Source: Iphione sp. A-MEVVRFRX5
Lineage: Eukaryota
Assembly: GCA_976226885.1 (NCBI GenBank)
Contig: OZ320314.1
Span: forward strand, 119,040,001-119,104,000
Direction: 5' to 3'
DNA: 64,000 nucleotides
Shown here piece after piece: positions 22,575 through 36,713 of this stretch; the stretch's first letter is position 1, and every line of letters begins with the position of its first letter. Under the pieces are notes generated by a model. The model was not told the origin of the DNA. It did not search any database and saw nothing but the letters and a program-made list of their open reading frames with translations. The position numbers and the translations under genes are program-made.

Positions 22575-22950
22575 CCACAGGTTCTTCAAGCTGTATTCTG
22601 CTTTTACATGTAGAACAGTTTCTCTATCCTGGTCCTTCAAGTCGTATACCCAAATTACATTAACAACATTCTCCTTTCCTCATCTTCTTCAAGTTGTATT
22701 CCACTCTTACATCTATATTGTTCTCCTTCACACAGGTTCTTCAAGTCATATTCCAGCTCTTCTATTTACTACATTCTCCTCAATTTATGTTCTTCAAGTC
22801 ATATTAGACTCTTGTATTTACTGCATTTTCCTCTATTCGGGTTCTTCAAGTCATATTCCACCCTTGTATTTACTGCATTCTCCTCTATTCCAAGTCATAT
22901 TCCACTCTTTCATTTACAATGTTCCCCTTGACCCAGGTTCTGGACCTCTT
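22575..22950. repeat. Degenerate pyrimidine-rich tandem repeat (ttcttcaagtcatattcca core)
   Basis: The core recurs about every 50-60 bp. Confidence 0.7.
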
Positions 22951-23150
22951 CTACACACACCATACTCCTGAGTAACATTTTATTTGCCTCACGCTCTTGC
23001 TTGAAACTTGTATAATGGTGGTGGGCGAAGAAAAACCGTCAACTTTTATCAATCTGTGTTCAGCCGCAATGACGCTGTGTGTGCCAGCAGCTTAGACTAC
23101 TAACTTTCTGAAGATAAGTTGCCGACTCAAGAGTGACAGACATCAACACT

Positions 23151-23190
<40 letters not shown>

Positions 23191-24688
23191 TGCGCATATT
23201 TGTGTATGTGTGCATGCATTTGTGCATGCGTGCGTGCGTGTTCGCCTATGCATTTGGGTGTTGGTGGGATCATACCTAAGTGCATCTAGATACGGGGATG
23301 GATTCCCGTCATAATCCACGAGTATGCTTGCTGTATGCCCTTCCGTGAAACTCCGCTCTAGATTCTATTGTTTCGGAGATTAGACGTTAAGCCAATGCAA
23401 GGCTTTCCTAATGCTAACCTCTACGCTGGGAGCATTACCTATGCTCAATGAGAGGGGCTGCGCAAAGTACAGCTATCCGTTCTAAGCGTAAGACCTTTAG
23501 CGGATCGCCGGAATACGTTTGTTCGCCCTCTCCTTGGATAAGTCCTGGCTCCAAGCTGATGTTTGCCTTTCATTCGATCAAAAAGGCTAGTCCTGCTGTT
23601 CTCGTACAGGGCATGAAATCACCTTTCCCGGCCTTCTGTCATAGACTCTCCTTTAGAAACACGACATTCTTACGTGCTTTCCAAATGAGAAACATGATCA
23701 TACGTGATGGGCACTTGCTTCTAAACACTAAGAAAACAAAACTGATTGAAAACATTTTCTTGACAAGTCTAATGTTGCCTCCCTACTTTCGAATATAAAC
23801 TGAGGTTTACTTCTGTATACATGTACATGTACACTGGACTCTCAAGACCAGAGCTCAGGGGAGACCACTATATCATAGTCCCAAACAGTATATTTCCTAT
23901 GTAAGAACAGACCTCAGGGGAGACCAGATCGCAGGGAAGACTAGACCACAGGGGAGACCACTGTATCGTAGCCCTGAACAGTATATTTCCTATGTAAAAA
24001 GAGACCTCAGGGGATACCAGATCGCAGGGGAGACCATATACATTCAGTCCCAGGGGTGGTCTTCCAAGCGGGAGTTGACTGTATCTACATCCAACCGTGC
24101 AGACAAAACATCAGATAATGCAAAGTTATTTTGTGTGAGGACTATGCAGTCAACTTTCACTTAGGAGACCACCTCTAGGACTGGATTAATCTGGTCTCTC
24201 TGTTGAGGTCCCCCCCCCCCTGTGATCTAGTCTTTAACTGAGAGTCGACTGTGAACAAAATGCATCGTATAACGGTAAAAAAAATACCAAACACCGGGAG
24301 AGGAAGGGGGAGGGGGCGGAGCATAGACGATCGAGTCCCCACAAAGGTACATTTCGCCATCCTGGTATCAACCACCTGATACTGACACGCGGTGGCCTGG
24401 GTATTACAGAGATAACACTCAAAATTAGAGCCTAGATTTCCTCTTATAGCCCCACCGTCGAGCTCTCAGCCTAGACGTGCCCAGACGTGCTATGCCTTCC
24501 GGACAGGTAGGAAAGGCAGTAATTAACCGGGTACACTGGGTACAGGTGGAGTCGCTACCCCCTCCCACCCCTCCCCCATCCCCCTGTCGTGCCTCTGGAT
24601 CGTACGAGGCATGTACTCTACACATTCCCGAGGAGTGAGGCGCCTATTGACGGCCAATGAATTACACGTACTTGAAAACTTGTTCAAA

Positions 24689-24797
24689 TACGTATGCGGA
24701 GGCGTCCATGTATGCGGATATACGTATGCGTAGGCGTCCATGTACGCGGATATACGTATGCGTAGGCGTCCATGTACGCGGATATACGTATGCGTAG
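24689..24797. repeat. 32-bp tandem repeat x3.4 (tacgtatgcgtaggcgtccatgtacgcggata)
   Basis: Units start at 24689, 24721, 24753 and 24785. Confidence 0.92.
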
Positions 24798-26767
24798 GGG
24801 TCCACTTACACGGCTGTCAGCAGGGGTAAAGAAACCGAGGCAGAGAAACCCAAGATTTCTGAGACCAAATCATTCACTTCTCTCTGTGTAGAGTGTGTCT
24901 AATGAGACCAAACCGTGAGAAAGACCAAAATGGTCAAGTCCCAAGTCGCCTACTTGAGCCTCAAATGAAGGATGATGACACATGATTCTTTTTTTTTTTT
25001 TTAACTATTAGTGACGTCATAATAGAGGTTCCACCAATTAGCTGGCTTATTTCAAGACGTGTAAAAAACGGTAACCAATATAAGTGTAGTAAGGGCGTGA
25101 GTGGACACTTCGGCAATCTCTTGATGCCTTGAAAAGGGACACTCTCGGGAGGAAGAACAAACCCTATTGTTTATATATTAATAGAAGTCTGTCATCAGTA
25201 CACGTCTCAATTCAGGACACTTTGGGAAGGATCAAATGTGTCCTGATCAGAGGCTTTCACTGTATATCATATAAATGCATGAACCTGGTAGAGCGTCAAC
25301 GATTTTGTTATACTGCTAGTCTTGTGTTTTTATAGGGAAATCCAACAAATCTATATAAGGGAGGAGCTTGAATGATTTAGTCTGGACATTCCCTCCATGT
25401 ATTCATGTTTTTAAGTGCATGTTTCCACATAGCTGTGATTTTCTGGGCATATAGAGAAGTGCCAGGAGTATCTAAATGTGTCCGTAAAGCATGTAGAGTG
25501 TCTCTGTGTAGCATGCGTTTGGAATGGGAAGAGTCCCGTTCCGCCATGACTTTCTTGTCTGTGTATGCACATTTGGAAGGGAAACTATGGTTAACTACGG
25601 GAGTGATACAAGGCTCTGCACTAGGTCCATTACTTTTGTGTGTGTGTGTGAACACGGTGTGACCTTTCGACAGCCTTTCCTGGCACTAAAGCGCATTACA
25701 CACACGCAGAGACACACGGACAGCCAGCCTAAACAAGACACTTAATTGTAGCTTGTACACCTAGGGTGAAAGCACGTCTACCTGTATGTATTCTTCATTA
25801 TTTCTTTACACGAATTTTCTCCCCAGACTGGACCAGATTCAGCGCTACAATATCAAGCCAGGCACAATACTGCAGAAACAGTGGCCCTTGCATTAATCTC
25901 CGCTTTACTCCTGATCCCGAACTGACGCGTGCGACTTTAAAAGACGCCCATACTTGGCGAGGTAGACACCGCATACCGGCGTTACCCAGTCGTGTTCCCA
26001 ACAATCGAGAGGTCACTGGGTGCCTTTGTCCTTCCAGGCCGAAGGGGGGTATTAAGTGGTAATAATCTCCAGCGAATAATATAAGTACCTGAAGTGATAC
26101 TCGCACGTAGGTCAACTTAAGAGTCACGGGGCGACTTAGAAAGAGAAGGACGTCGAACAGCAAACTGAACTTATTCTTTTTAACTTCCCTAACATCACAA
26201 TTCTAACTTGGTGTACATTGTTTTGACGTACATGTTCTCAGTATGTGGCAGGAGAGCTTTGAGATTTCTACGATAAAGGGTTTTAGATGTCCCAGAGAGT
26301 GAGCACAGTATATCAACACCTTTCAGCTCATGTAACAATTGCTACTAAATTAAATGTCTTCACGTGGGAAGAACTCGTTATTTAATAATAATTACTGTCC
26401 GATTTCCGACAAGACGAACGTTAATTCTCTTCTTTCTCCAGGGCCGCAATTTTATATCTTCCAGCAACTATCTTCATAGTACAATGTATGAGGAGGAGGC
26501 TGGTGGTGGAAAACAGTCTGGCCTTAGCTGCTGCCACCTGGAGGTGAACGTGGGAACCACGCCCACGAGTTGCTCATCGATTTGCGGTCACAGCAGGCTC
26601 TTTAAACACACTGTGGATATTACCATGGTGACGGCGAAAGCAAACCAACGAGTTCGGCACTCTAAGATCTGTTCATCTCGTCCCTGTGGATTTAATCAAT
26701 TACAGTAAGCGAGCATGAAAGCAAGGGAGAAATGAGAAGGGCAACGAGAGATAGAGAGAGGTAGAGG

Positions 26768-26769
<2 letters not shown>

Positions 26770-26845
<76 letters not shown>
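26770..26845. repeat. (GA)n microsatellite within a purine-rich tract next to a gap
   Basis: Seen directly. Confidence 0.95.
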
Positions 26846-26851
<6 letters not shown>

Positions 26852-28027
26852 GTGAGAAAGTGAGGGGAAAATTACGGGAGAAAGAGAGGAATAGAGAGAA
26901 AAAGAGAAAGAGGGAAAGGGACGGAGATGAAGGAATAGAGAGGAGAGCAAGACAGANNNNNNNNNNNNNNNNNNNNNNNNNNNNNNNNNNNNNNNNNNNN
27001 NNNNNNNNNNNNNNNNNNNNNNNNNNNNNNNNNNNNNNNNNNNNNNNNNNNNNNNNNNNNNNNNNNNNNNNNNNNNNNNNNNNNNNNNNNNNNNNNTGTT
27101 GATCCCACAGAATGTCCATATATATGGAAGTCGTACTCACAGTATTCATGCGCGTTCACTTCTCGATGTCATTAAAACTTCTCGGTAGTATCGATGCAAT
27201 ATTTAGAGGTTTCCTTAGTAACTCGAAATTACACTGATGATTGATCCCCATCAAACATCCGATCAATGTAGACTGCTGCTCTGACCACCACACTCGGCCT
27301 ATTAACCTACAAGGCTCTCGGAAGACGAGCCCCCCCCCCCTTTCGTCACGGGTGATTAGGTAACGCCTTGCCGTAGGTGGACCGTGACTGTGTGAGTTCG
27401 GATATGAGTGGGCGGACAGAACGAGCGAGGGAAGAAGTGAGCGGCTGAGGATTATATGAGTGCAGTCCCCACCAAACTGTGGTCCACAACTTGTACAATG
27501 AGATTTTTAAAGTTGTATTTACTCGGGGAAGAAATATAGATTAATTGTACATAAGCCCAGGTTCGTTGTTCAACACAAAAGAGTTATGTAATGAGATGTT
27601 ACTAATGTATAAAATGTGATCTTAAATTAATGTAATGCAGCACTTATACTATTAATCCCTTTGATAATTAATACATTTATCACTCAATGGCACAGCGGCT
27701 GTAGTCTTTTATAAACACAGAACGTATCACTTAACTGCATATACACAGCGGCTAATGCCCCATGTGCCCCAATTATCCTGCTAGAAAAAATATATACCAG
27801 CATGTTAAGAGACTGGTAAACTACAATTCTATTTAGGTTCTCCCTGAAAATTATTTTTCTTAACAGAATACCTTATACGGCGGCCGTGGCCCCATATACC
27901 ATCAATACTGCCCCATGCAGTTATTTTAACATGTCGGAATACTGTCCCCAATGAACAAAATCTAATAGTGTGGATAAAATAATTCTTTTCGAAACAAGAG
28001 TTGAGGGCAACGCTCGTACTACCCAGA

Positions 28028-28028
<1 letters not shown>

Positions 28029-28080
<52 letters not shown>

Positions 28081-28088
28081 TAATAATA
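28029..28088. repeat. (TAA)n microsatellite, possibly a retroelement tail
   Basis: Seen directly; a (GAGT)n tract follows at about 28206-28256. Confidence 0.9.
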
Positions 28089-28547
28089 GCATAAGAAAGG
28101 GAAGGACGAAGAGAGACAACACGAGAGAGACAGACGACTTCTAGTGGAGAACAGGGAGACTGAAAACAAAACTTATAGGAGTGAAAGATGAAAGGGTAAT
28201 CTGCGGTGAGTGAGTGAGTGAGTGAGTGAGTGAGTGAGTGAGTGAGTGAGTGAGTGACATCCGTATGACATCCTATGTGAGCGCGAACAGTGTTTGAGTG
28301 ATAAGGCGCGCTGCACATAGAGACGGGAGAAAATTCTGCGATCGCCTCCGAAAGTGAGAGAGGACCGCCTGCAGATCGCAGGAATAGGCAGTTATATGTG
28401 AAAACAGATATCCATTCACTGCAGAATCCAAGGGCTTTCGCGGCTATCTCCATTAAAGAAACCTGTACCAACCTGATCGGGCTTTTACAACCGCATATGA
28501 CTGTAGCAACAACCGCCCACATCTGAAGTAGCCTGTTATTATGTCTG

Positions 28548-29270
28548 GCTGGCCACTGCCATACTGCAGCGAGATGCAATCTCGAAAAGATTGTGTACAT
28601 GTGCAATCCACTAACACAGCATGTCACAAAATGACCAAGGGTTGGAAGATGGACAGCTTGGTCAGGAGGGGATATACCTGCATAGTGCTGGTGTGTGACT
28701 GTGTTTATGGTGGAAGTCAGTACAGTCAACACGGCCACTGCACACTGCAGCGAGATGCAATTTTGAAAAGATTGTGTACACGTGCAACCAAGACAGCATG
28801 TCACAGAATGACTGCGGGTTGGAAGATGGACAGGTCGGTTGGCATGGGAAATAGCTGCATAGTGCTGGTGTGCGACTGTGTTCATGGTGGAAGTCAGTAC
28901 AGTCGACACGCCCACTGCACACTGCAGTGAGATGCAATTTCGAAAAGACTATGTATATGTGCAACCCCCTAAGGCAGCATGTCACAGGATGACTGAGGGT
29001 TAGAAGATGGACAGGTCGGTTGGCATGGGAAATAGCTGCATAGTGCTGGTGTGCGACTGTGTTCATGGTGGAAGTCAGTACAGTTGACATGGCCACTGCA
29101 CACTGCAGCGAGATGCAATTTCGAAAAGACTGCGTACATGTGCAACCCCCTATGACAGCATGTCACAGGATGACTGAGGGTTAGAAGATGGACAGGTTGG
29201 TCAGCATGGGACATACCTGCATAGTGCTGATGTGTGACTGTGTTCATGGTAGAAGTCAGTACAGTTGACA
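28548..29270. repeat. Tandem array of about 180 bp x4
   Basis: actgcag.gagatgcaat at 28563, 28744, 28921 and 29102. Confidence 0.93.
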
Positions 29271-29446
29271 CCCTCTGAAAGACCAATTGGCAGGGGAGAC
29301 CATCCTGGGTAGGGTGAAGAGACCAAAATCCTCCAGTCCTAAACTGTCTATTCACTTTAGCAATCAACTCGCAGGAGAGACCAACCCTCAGGAGAGACCA
29401 AAATCCTCCAGTCCCAAGATTGGGTTACCGCCATGAGGTTCGACTG
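29262..29446. mobile_element. Degenerate Tc1/pogo-like MITE
   Basis: TA-CAGTTGACACC...GAGGTTCGACTG; internal GGAGAGACC repeats shared with a relative at about 23830-24084. Confidence 0.6.
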
Positions 29447-29929
29447 TGCGTACACTCCCTGTGGTCTATGTATGCAGGAGGACTGCCAAACCCAGCTATT
29501 TCATCGACATCCTCGATTGATCGACCCGAACACTAAGTGCTATTCACATGTAACCCCCCCCCCCTCCTAAAGATCAATACTTTAAAACCTGCGGGAGACA
29601 TGCACCCTTGCAACACGCGGGGTCCCGTCACCCTGTTATACTGCTACTTCCGTGTTCATACTTCTAGGACCGAAATGTGCCCCCCCCCCCATTCCAAAAC
29701 CACACGACCAATTGCCGACTAGTAAAGCACCCAAACACGGCTCGTAGTACAAATATTGGCGAGTACGTGTGCGTGTACGTGTAGTCACATGCTACCACGA
29801 CTGACTCAAAGGCGGGGAAATGGTGAGATTGCTCATTAACTACCAGCCACCCAATGTGAAGGCGGTGTTGCCTATTCCTGGTGGTTGAGGCACATCAGCC
29901 GCTCACTGCCAACTGTTGCCTGCAAGAGA

Positions 29930-30060
29930 ACGCCCCCCCCCCCCCGCCCCGCCGCCCCCATAGGGTTGCGGTTTATAAGGGGACGAGCGCTTTATGTGAA
30001 ATACAGCCACGGTCGCTCAAATAAGCCTAAAGAAGAAAAAAAGATGGCTGCCGTGCTTTA
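29930..30060 (+). promoter_or_regulatory. Promoter-like segment (GC boxes, TTTATAAGGG, AAGATGGCTGCC)
   Basis: ccccgccccgcc near 29940, tttataag near 29972, YY1-like motif near 30040. Confidence 0.35.
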
Positions 30061-30206
30061 AATGGGGACGAGCGGCAGTCTCAAGTGTGGGCCTCGCGCA
30101 CCCAGTTCGACTCGAACCCGAGGACCCTGGAGGAGGACGAGGAGTAGGGGTAGTACTACTACTGGAGGTGTATGCCGGGCATAAACGGCGGGTTCGGTTC
30201 AACAAC

Positions 30207-30364
30207 ATGGCCCAGATCCGGCAACAACATTTAGATTTAGATCGGGCGGTGGTGGTGGGCGGTGACTGCAATCAAGTTCAACACATACTTTATAGTCCTT
30301 TTCGAAGACCAATCAGTCCCCAAGGCTATGAGCTCACACAGAAGGCACTGGAGGGAAGTCGGAG
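30207..30364 (+). CDS. Candidate first coding exon for the 36714-40800 gene
   Basis: Good Kozak context AACATGG; donor AG|gtattg in phase 2 matches the phase of the 36714 acceptor; GC boxes and a TATA-like element lie upstream. Speculative. Confidence 0.3.
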
Positions 30365-31049
30365 GTATTGCTGGTTTAAGGAAAATCACCTTAAATACGA
30401 TATATGTACACATGTATATGGTTGGGGATATAAGAGGTAGAGAAAAGGTCAACGTTGGTGAGGATGTGAGAAACCCAGTGAGAGAAGGCTGTGTTTGGGT
30501 CTCAGTTATGAATGCATGTGAAGCTGGTCTACGTTAAATCAGCAGGAGTAGTACCGTGAAGCAATCAATTTAAAGTCAGCTTAATTTCCACCGAACTTAA
30601 TTCACTGTCTTCACGCAGACTGGGACTACATGAGACACTAAGGAAGCAGAGAGCAGCTCCACTCCAGGGGCATATATATCGCTCCTTAATATAATGCCAT
30701 TGTTTCATTTCATTTCATTGTATCTTTAACCAGGAACTAGATATTCCCTATCACATGACAGGGCTCTTCCATATCCTCCTGGGGTAGCATACTACCATCT
30801 ATCTTTGAGAATTGATAGACCAGAATACCCGGGGTTGCCCCCCTACTCTTATTCTGAATAGGTTGAATCCTATACACCCATGGCCTTTTTATGAGTTGTG
30901 GACCACTCTGGGCTACTCTTCCCTTTTTATCTTACGACTGTATTCATATGGCTGGGTTTCTATTAAAAATAGGAATGAAGAAGGGATATGCTGCAAAGTA
31001 ACAACTGCTCCTCCCTCCTGTACTTATCAAATGGGATGGTTTACACATA

Positions 31050-31223
31050 CAGTGGAACCTCTCTGGTACGGACAGCAAAAGGATTGCCCATAAAGTCGTT
31101 TGTCCATAATACTTGATAGCAACAGTAATTAAACACAAATATAATGACCTGGTTCTATTTCCAGCCTGTCCCTAATGTGGGATATCCTGATACGAGGGTT
31201 GTCTGTAATTTGGCGTTCCACTG
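31050..31223. mobile_element. Tc1/pogo-like MITE
   Basis: TA-CAGTGGAAC...GTTCCACTG-TA. Confidence 0.78.
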
Positions 31224-34200
31224 TAATTAAGGTTTTGAAAATACAACATGGAATCAAGTTCTTTTAAAACCCAACCTCCTTCAGGAGGTGACCATGCCAT
31301 ATCTGATGAAAGGGTTTCTGTCAGGGAAGTAAACAAACTCAAGGAGTGAGATGATAAACTGGATCTTTCTGTTGGTTCTCTGACAAGTTTCCTATACTAT
31401 AAAAGAATGGTATGCTGATGGAGCAATTCAGCAGAACGAATCTTCGAACTCTTCATATGTGGGATAGGTTATAATGAACAATAATCTGGATCTTTCTCAA
31501 TATGTTAGGTCTGACATTTTACCTGGATAACAAGCATGAGTAAAATGTAAAGTTCCCCCCCCCCCTGTGTTTCCACACCATGTGCATCAGAGAAAAATAC
31601 ACTGAAATACTTCAGTTTGTGTTGCTATCCCTTACACACACAAAAAATAATCTACAGTCTGTCCATATACATGTATACAAGATTAAGACACTTTAAAATG
31701 TAATGCTAATATCTGCGCCTGCTTTTGTGAGTTTCACTAGAACAGCAGTAAGCTACGTCTAACCGTGTAACGAAAGAAACAGGGCAGAGCTAGGCGGAAG
31801 GTGCTATGGAAACGAACGGACTTCACCACCCACACAATTTCGTCGATCTCCCCAGCGTGCATTATTGAAAGCAAACGGTTCAATTTACTGCAGTATGATG
31901 AACCATTCCAGTGTGAGGACAAAAAAAATGAATATATACACATGCCTACGTAGATAAGCTGAACATCTGATATACGAAAGGGAACAATGCATCACCATCA
32001 TTACACAAACGAACATTTGCAAATGGCACAGGAGCATGCAGTGTGTGTGCGCGTGTTTGTTTGGAAGCACATGACAACATGCGTAATGCACAACATGCTG
32101 ATGTACCTTAGGGTCCCCCAAACGGTTGAGGGGCACACCGGAGCACAGTGACGTCATAACGAGGGAGACTATCTCACCGTGTGGTGGGAAGACATGGGCG
32201 AGACGGCAGGCGTCACATAGCTGGATCCTGATCGACAAAATGTCCACATATGAAACCATGCCAACAACGTTTCAGGAGGACAACAGTTACTTCTGTGATT
32301 TTATCAAATTTGTGAATAGATTTAAAATGAAACAATGCGTCAAATGACCGATCATGTGTATTTTAGTGGCGTTCTGATGTTATTGATGTGCTGAAATAAT
32401 TGCCATAGATGACTCATTTTCAAACCTACTTTGTACAATGACAATGTCATAGGCAGAAAGGATATGCACAAGTATATGTTGTTACCAGTATCTAAGCTGC
32501 CGTGCGATCGGTAAATTGAATTTTTGTGTGGCAGCATACTTTGCAAGAAAGTTAAGGCATGTGAAAAAATAGGTTTTGTTTTTCAGTGATACAAGTTTTT
32601 GGTATTAAAACAAGCAACATGCAAATGGTTTTAACTGCAAGTTATCCTGAAATACTACAGTTAATGAACTTGTCATTCACTTGAAGCACAAGATTTCAGT
32701 ATTCGATTGATGAAAAAAAAACTTTATAAAACTAATGCAACTGTCGACTTCTATATTTACGAAGCTGAACCTGGGCACCATTTGGGTCCTTGAAAGTCTT
32801 TATTTCGCCTCCTTTACATACCATTTTCAATACTGTGTAGGAATACTAAGATCGCTGAAATGCAAGGTAGATTGCTAAGCCATGTCCCTGTAAACTAACG
32901 AAGACAGTAAAATCATATGTCTATACAAATGAATACATTTCATTTGTATGAGAAACTCCAGGTATTATGTTGTGAAAATGTCATCACGTTCATCACCCAT
33001 CCCATCTCTCACTAGAAAACTTGGCATGCCCGAAATTAAATGTGCTGAGGTACAATGTTATCAACCATTGTTATCGTTTTCCTCATCATTACGTTTTTGC
33101 ATTACTACAGCTGTATAAAGTGGATGGTGTAGTTTATTTTGAAGTCTCCGCTCGTTGTTTGTTTTCGTTTTCTGTCAGGCTTGTCACTGTCAAACTTTGT
33201 TGAATATGGTTATTTGGTGAATACAGTCGTTATCCTGCATGCAAACATATGTCCTCAAGTGACATAGCCTAAGGAGATCGTTAATGTATTGTTTTCGTCC
33301 ACGTCTTCGTACTCGGCTGGAATTTATCATGAAAACCTGAGCCCAGCCGTCCACTGCCCGGACATGTCCATTCAAAACCCGGGAAATCTGTTACGCGGAC
33401 AAGTTCGCTCGAGACGCCCTGCGGGGAAGTTCTCCAGTCTGGTCAATTTCTGAATAATAATTCATAGTAAAAACCTACCTTTGAAAGCTTTTAAATGTCT
33501 TTTTCAATGAGTTCCACAAGATTATCGATGAATACTCATTTGGTGCGCGATATTTGGGGAAGAAATGGAACCCCCTGCGACGACGACCGAACTGCCGCTT
33601 AGTTTTGGAAAGACGCGAAGCGAGTGATTGTCATTGGTTACTGATTATGACGTCACAAAAGGGGAATCCCGGAAATCACCAGTGGTTCTCAATTCTACCA
33701 CTTAGATGTAATGGCGCTGCAAATCACTCTTGTGTTAACAAAGAGCGTCGTACTAAGTTGTACAACGCTCTTTGGTGTTAACCGGCGCCACAGAGAAAAA
33801 AAATTGTTAAAAGACCCGAAAGATACTGTACATTTTCATTTGTAACCACTAATGGATGATAAAATTCTTGGTATCAACATGAAGCAAACAGTATGTCAGG
33901 TTTTCTTTGAATCAGGATGAGACGTTAAGCTGCCCTTTGACATTATGTCATGAACTTTGACCTCCGGTGTTACCTAGAAACTCCCCACTATTAGGAGTGA
34001 CGATCCAGTTGGCAGCTGATAAGGACCGGCGACGGTCCAGTTTTTTGTCAGTCACCGTCAATCTTGTGATTTTCGTGAAAGAATGTACACTTCTGATAAC
34101 GAAATCACCGAGATCATATAATATTTACCACATAGATTCACTGCCGGGTAAGTTTTGAGGTGAATTTTTATTTCACTAAAGCATAATCTAATGTCGGCGC

Positions 34201-36713
34201 TACCCTCTCTACGACAACTATAACTAACACATGCACATCTTACGGGGTTCGGGGGGGGGGGGGGGCGATGCTGATTTGCAGGACCTCTCCATCAAAACAA
34301 AACTGCGCATAAAGGTACCCTTCCTCATCCAAGAACTGCAAATAAAGTACAATAATAGTTGTGTGTGTGTATGTAACATGATGAAACTACCACCAGGAAC
34401 AAAGCTTGGCAGTATATCTCCAAAACAAGGTCTCATAACTGGATCCGCTACGGTACATTGTACTGCGAAAGGAGGCCAAACTACAGTTATATATACATAC
34501 AATAAGATATTACTTTAAAGTCGTGAATGAAACTTGTTCTGTGCATTGGGGAAAGGAATACAATACTTGTTCAGGTTAGAAATGGGACATTTTACGTTTG
34601 TCTGTTACCGGTACGACAAAGGTGCTAACAACAAAGATCCCCTAGGTACCCGGTAATTGTTTGATATGAAAACATTCACTTGGGTGTAAACAAAAGATAT
34701 CTGTGTTTCCAGTAACCCGACCGACCCTATATTAGAGACAAGTGACCTTTTGTTTTTTTCTTGTGTTTTTTTTTCGAATAACACCAGAAGGCATGATGAT
34801 AGAGACGTGTTTTACAAATTAAATTGATCCTTAGATCACTAGCTTTCATTTGATACAAGTAACATCTAAGCAGTGAAAGTGGCATTACCATATACATTTG
34901 ATATGTTTAAGATACCTTAACATTGAAAAAAAAATAGAAAAATAAAAAAAATGGAACCTACCGACCGACCCTATATATTTGTAGCATGTTCAGATGTTTT
35001 TTTTAGGCCTTGCTTACTAAATCTAACTTAAAACTAACAACACAACGCAAGCATTAAAAAAACGCATATGACCTTTTCGGTATCCAGGGTACCGGTACAT
35101 ATTCATCTTTAAAACCGGCAAAGAACTCGATAATAACGTACATTCTACATACCGGTAGTATCTTGTGTTAATTACATGTGACATCTAACGTGGGAAACCA
35201 ACTTAAGGTTGTAGTAAAAATGGTACATCGTCGTGATGCTTAATGGATACCGGTAGTTTCTTTACCTTGCTTCAGTTGGTGTATTTACACGTGTCAGTAT
35301 TTACTACATCGGCCAACCTCTCAGGTCAATGAAAAGTCTTTTTCAACATTTATTTGATACACGTGAATTTTTTTTCAGGGTCACATTGAAACTTCAAATA
35401 CAGTCAATCAGTTCTCTCGATATGATTTTAAAAAATACCCATCTCGGGTGCTGAACAGAGAGAGCAACATTCTACTTTGCCACTAAAATTATATTTCTTA
35501 CACAAGTGCGTTCTGTGAGAAAATTTGGTTATACCTTTAATAAATTGACAGTGATTTTTTTTTTATCATCGATTTAGGGTACTACAGAGACTACCCGCGG
35601 CTGTGAACGTTCTGAGATATGGAGTTTCCCTTGAAACACCTCGTCACTGGAACTAGTGATAGACCAGTGACAGCACCCCCTGCATCCAGCCCACGTTCCA
35701 ACACGTAAGCCACATTCCCTCTCACAATTAATCAGCCAAAGTGTTCTTGGTCATTCATACGGACACGCCCATTATATCGTAATTAGAAACACACATCTCC
35801 TTCGACGAGGACACGTTGAAAACTGTGCACATGTGGTTATGTAGCATTTACACGTAGTTTTTTTTTTAATTTTACACCCTTTTTGTTGGGTATCGCTAAT
35901 TACAAAAAAATAATGTGATTCCATGATTGTTGCTTATGGACAGGTGTTATGAATGTTTCTTCTTGATATGACATGACAGATTTAGGTCAGATAATGCCAC
36001 GGTGTATACTTTGACAGATTGGATAAATACATGTCATGTAATCTAACTCTTCTTTAGGCCTCTATCACATGTATGCATTTTTCTACAGATATGAAAACGG
36101 ATGGGTAGGCGTAATTTGTAGATTCTAAACTTAAACCCTGAAGCATTCAGATGATTGCGTACATCTATTTGTCTACAGATCTGTACGAATGTGTATATGT
36201 AGATGGCAAATTGGTTGGGGACGGATTTTCTACACATACAGATGCATAGACCATAGAAAGTAATGGTCGAGAGGCATCTGGGGAACATATGAGATTAACT
36301 AAAAATAGATGCTACAGGAGGTAATTTACACCTCCACATGCATAGATGTAATTGCATCCAGAAGTCTTAGGGATACATGTTATAGGGGCAGTAAACAGTA
36401 TCAATGTTGTGTCAAATATGTTCTGCTGGGGTTGTGGGCAACAGTTTGGGTAGGAGAGGAGAGGAGACGGGTAAGAGGGAAACATGAAAAGGCAGGGAAG
36501 GCGATTAAGAGAAAGTACAAGAGTGTATACATTTCGAGAACCATGCAATATGGCCATATGCATGGGATCTTTTGGAATATAGCTAAAACTCAGCGAAAGA
36601 ATAACAAACTTGTTATGACCAATCTGTTTTTGTCTTTCCTCTCTCCCCGTGGACCACACCTCTTGTCTTGCCTTTTACCCTTCTTTCTCTTCATTACAAT
36701 TCGACTCTTTCAG

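Noticed and set aside
28019-29367. Long ORFs over the 180-bp array and microsatellites as genes
   Set aside because: They are explained by repeat periodicity; they have no recognisable domain or splice structure.
31800-31813. RFX X-box-like GGTGCTATGGAAAC
   Set aside because: It is an imperfect match and is not next to a supported transcription start.
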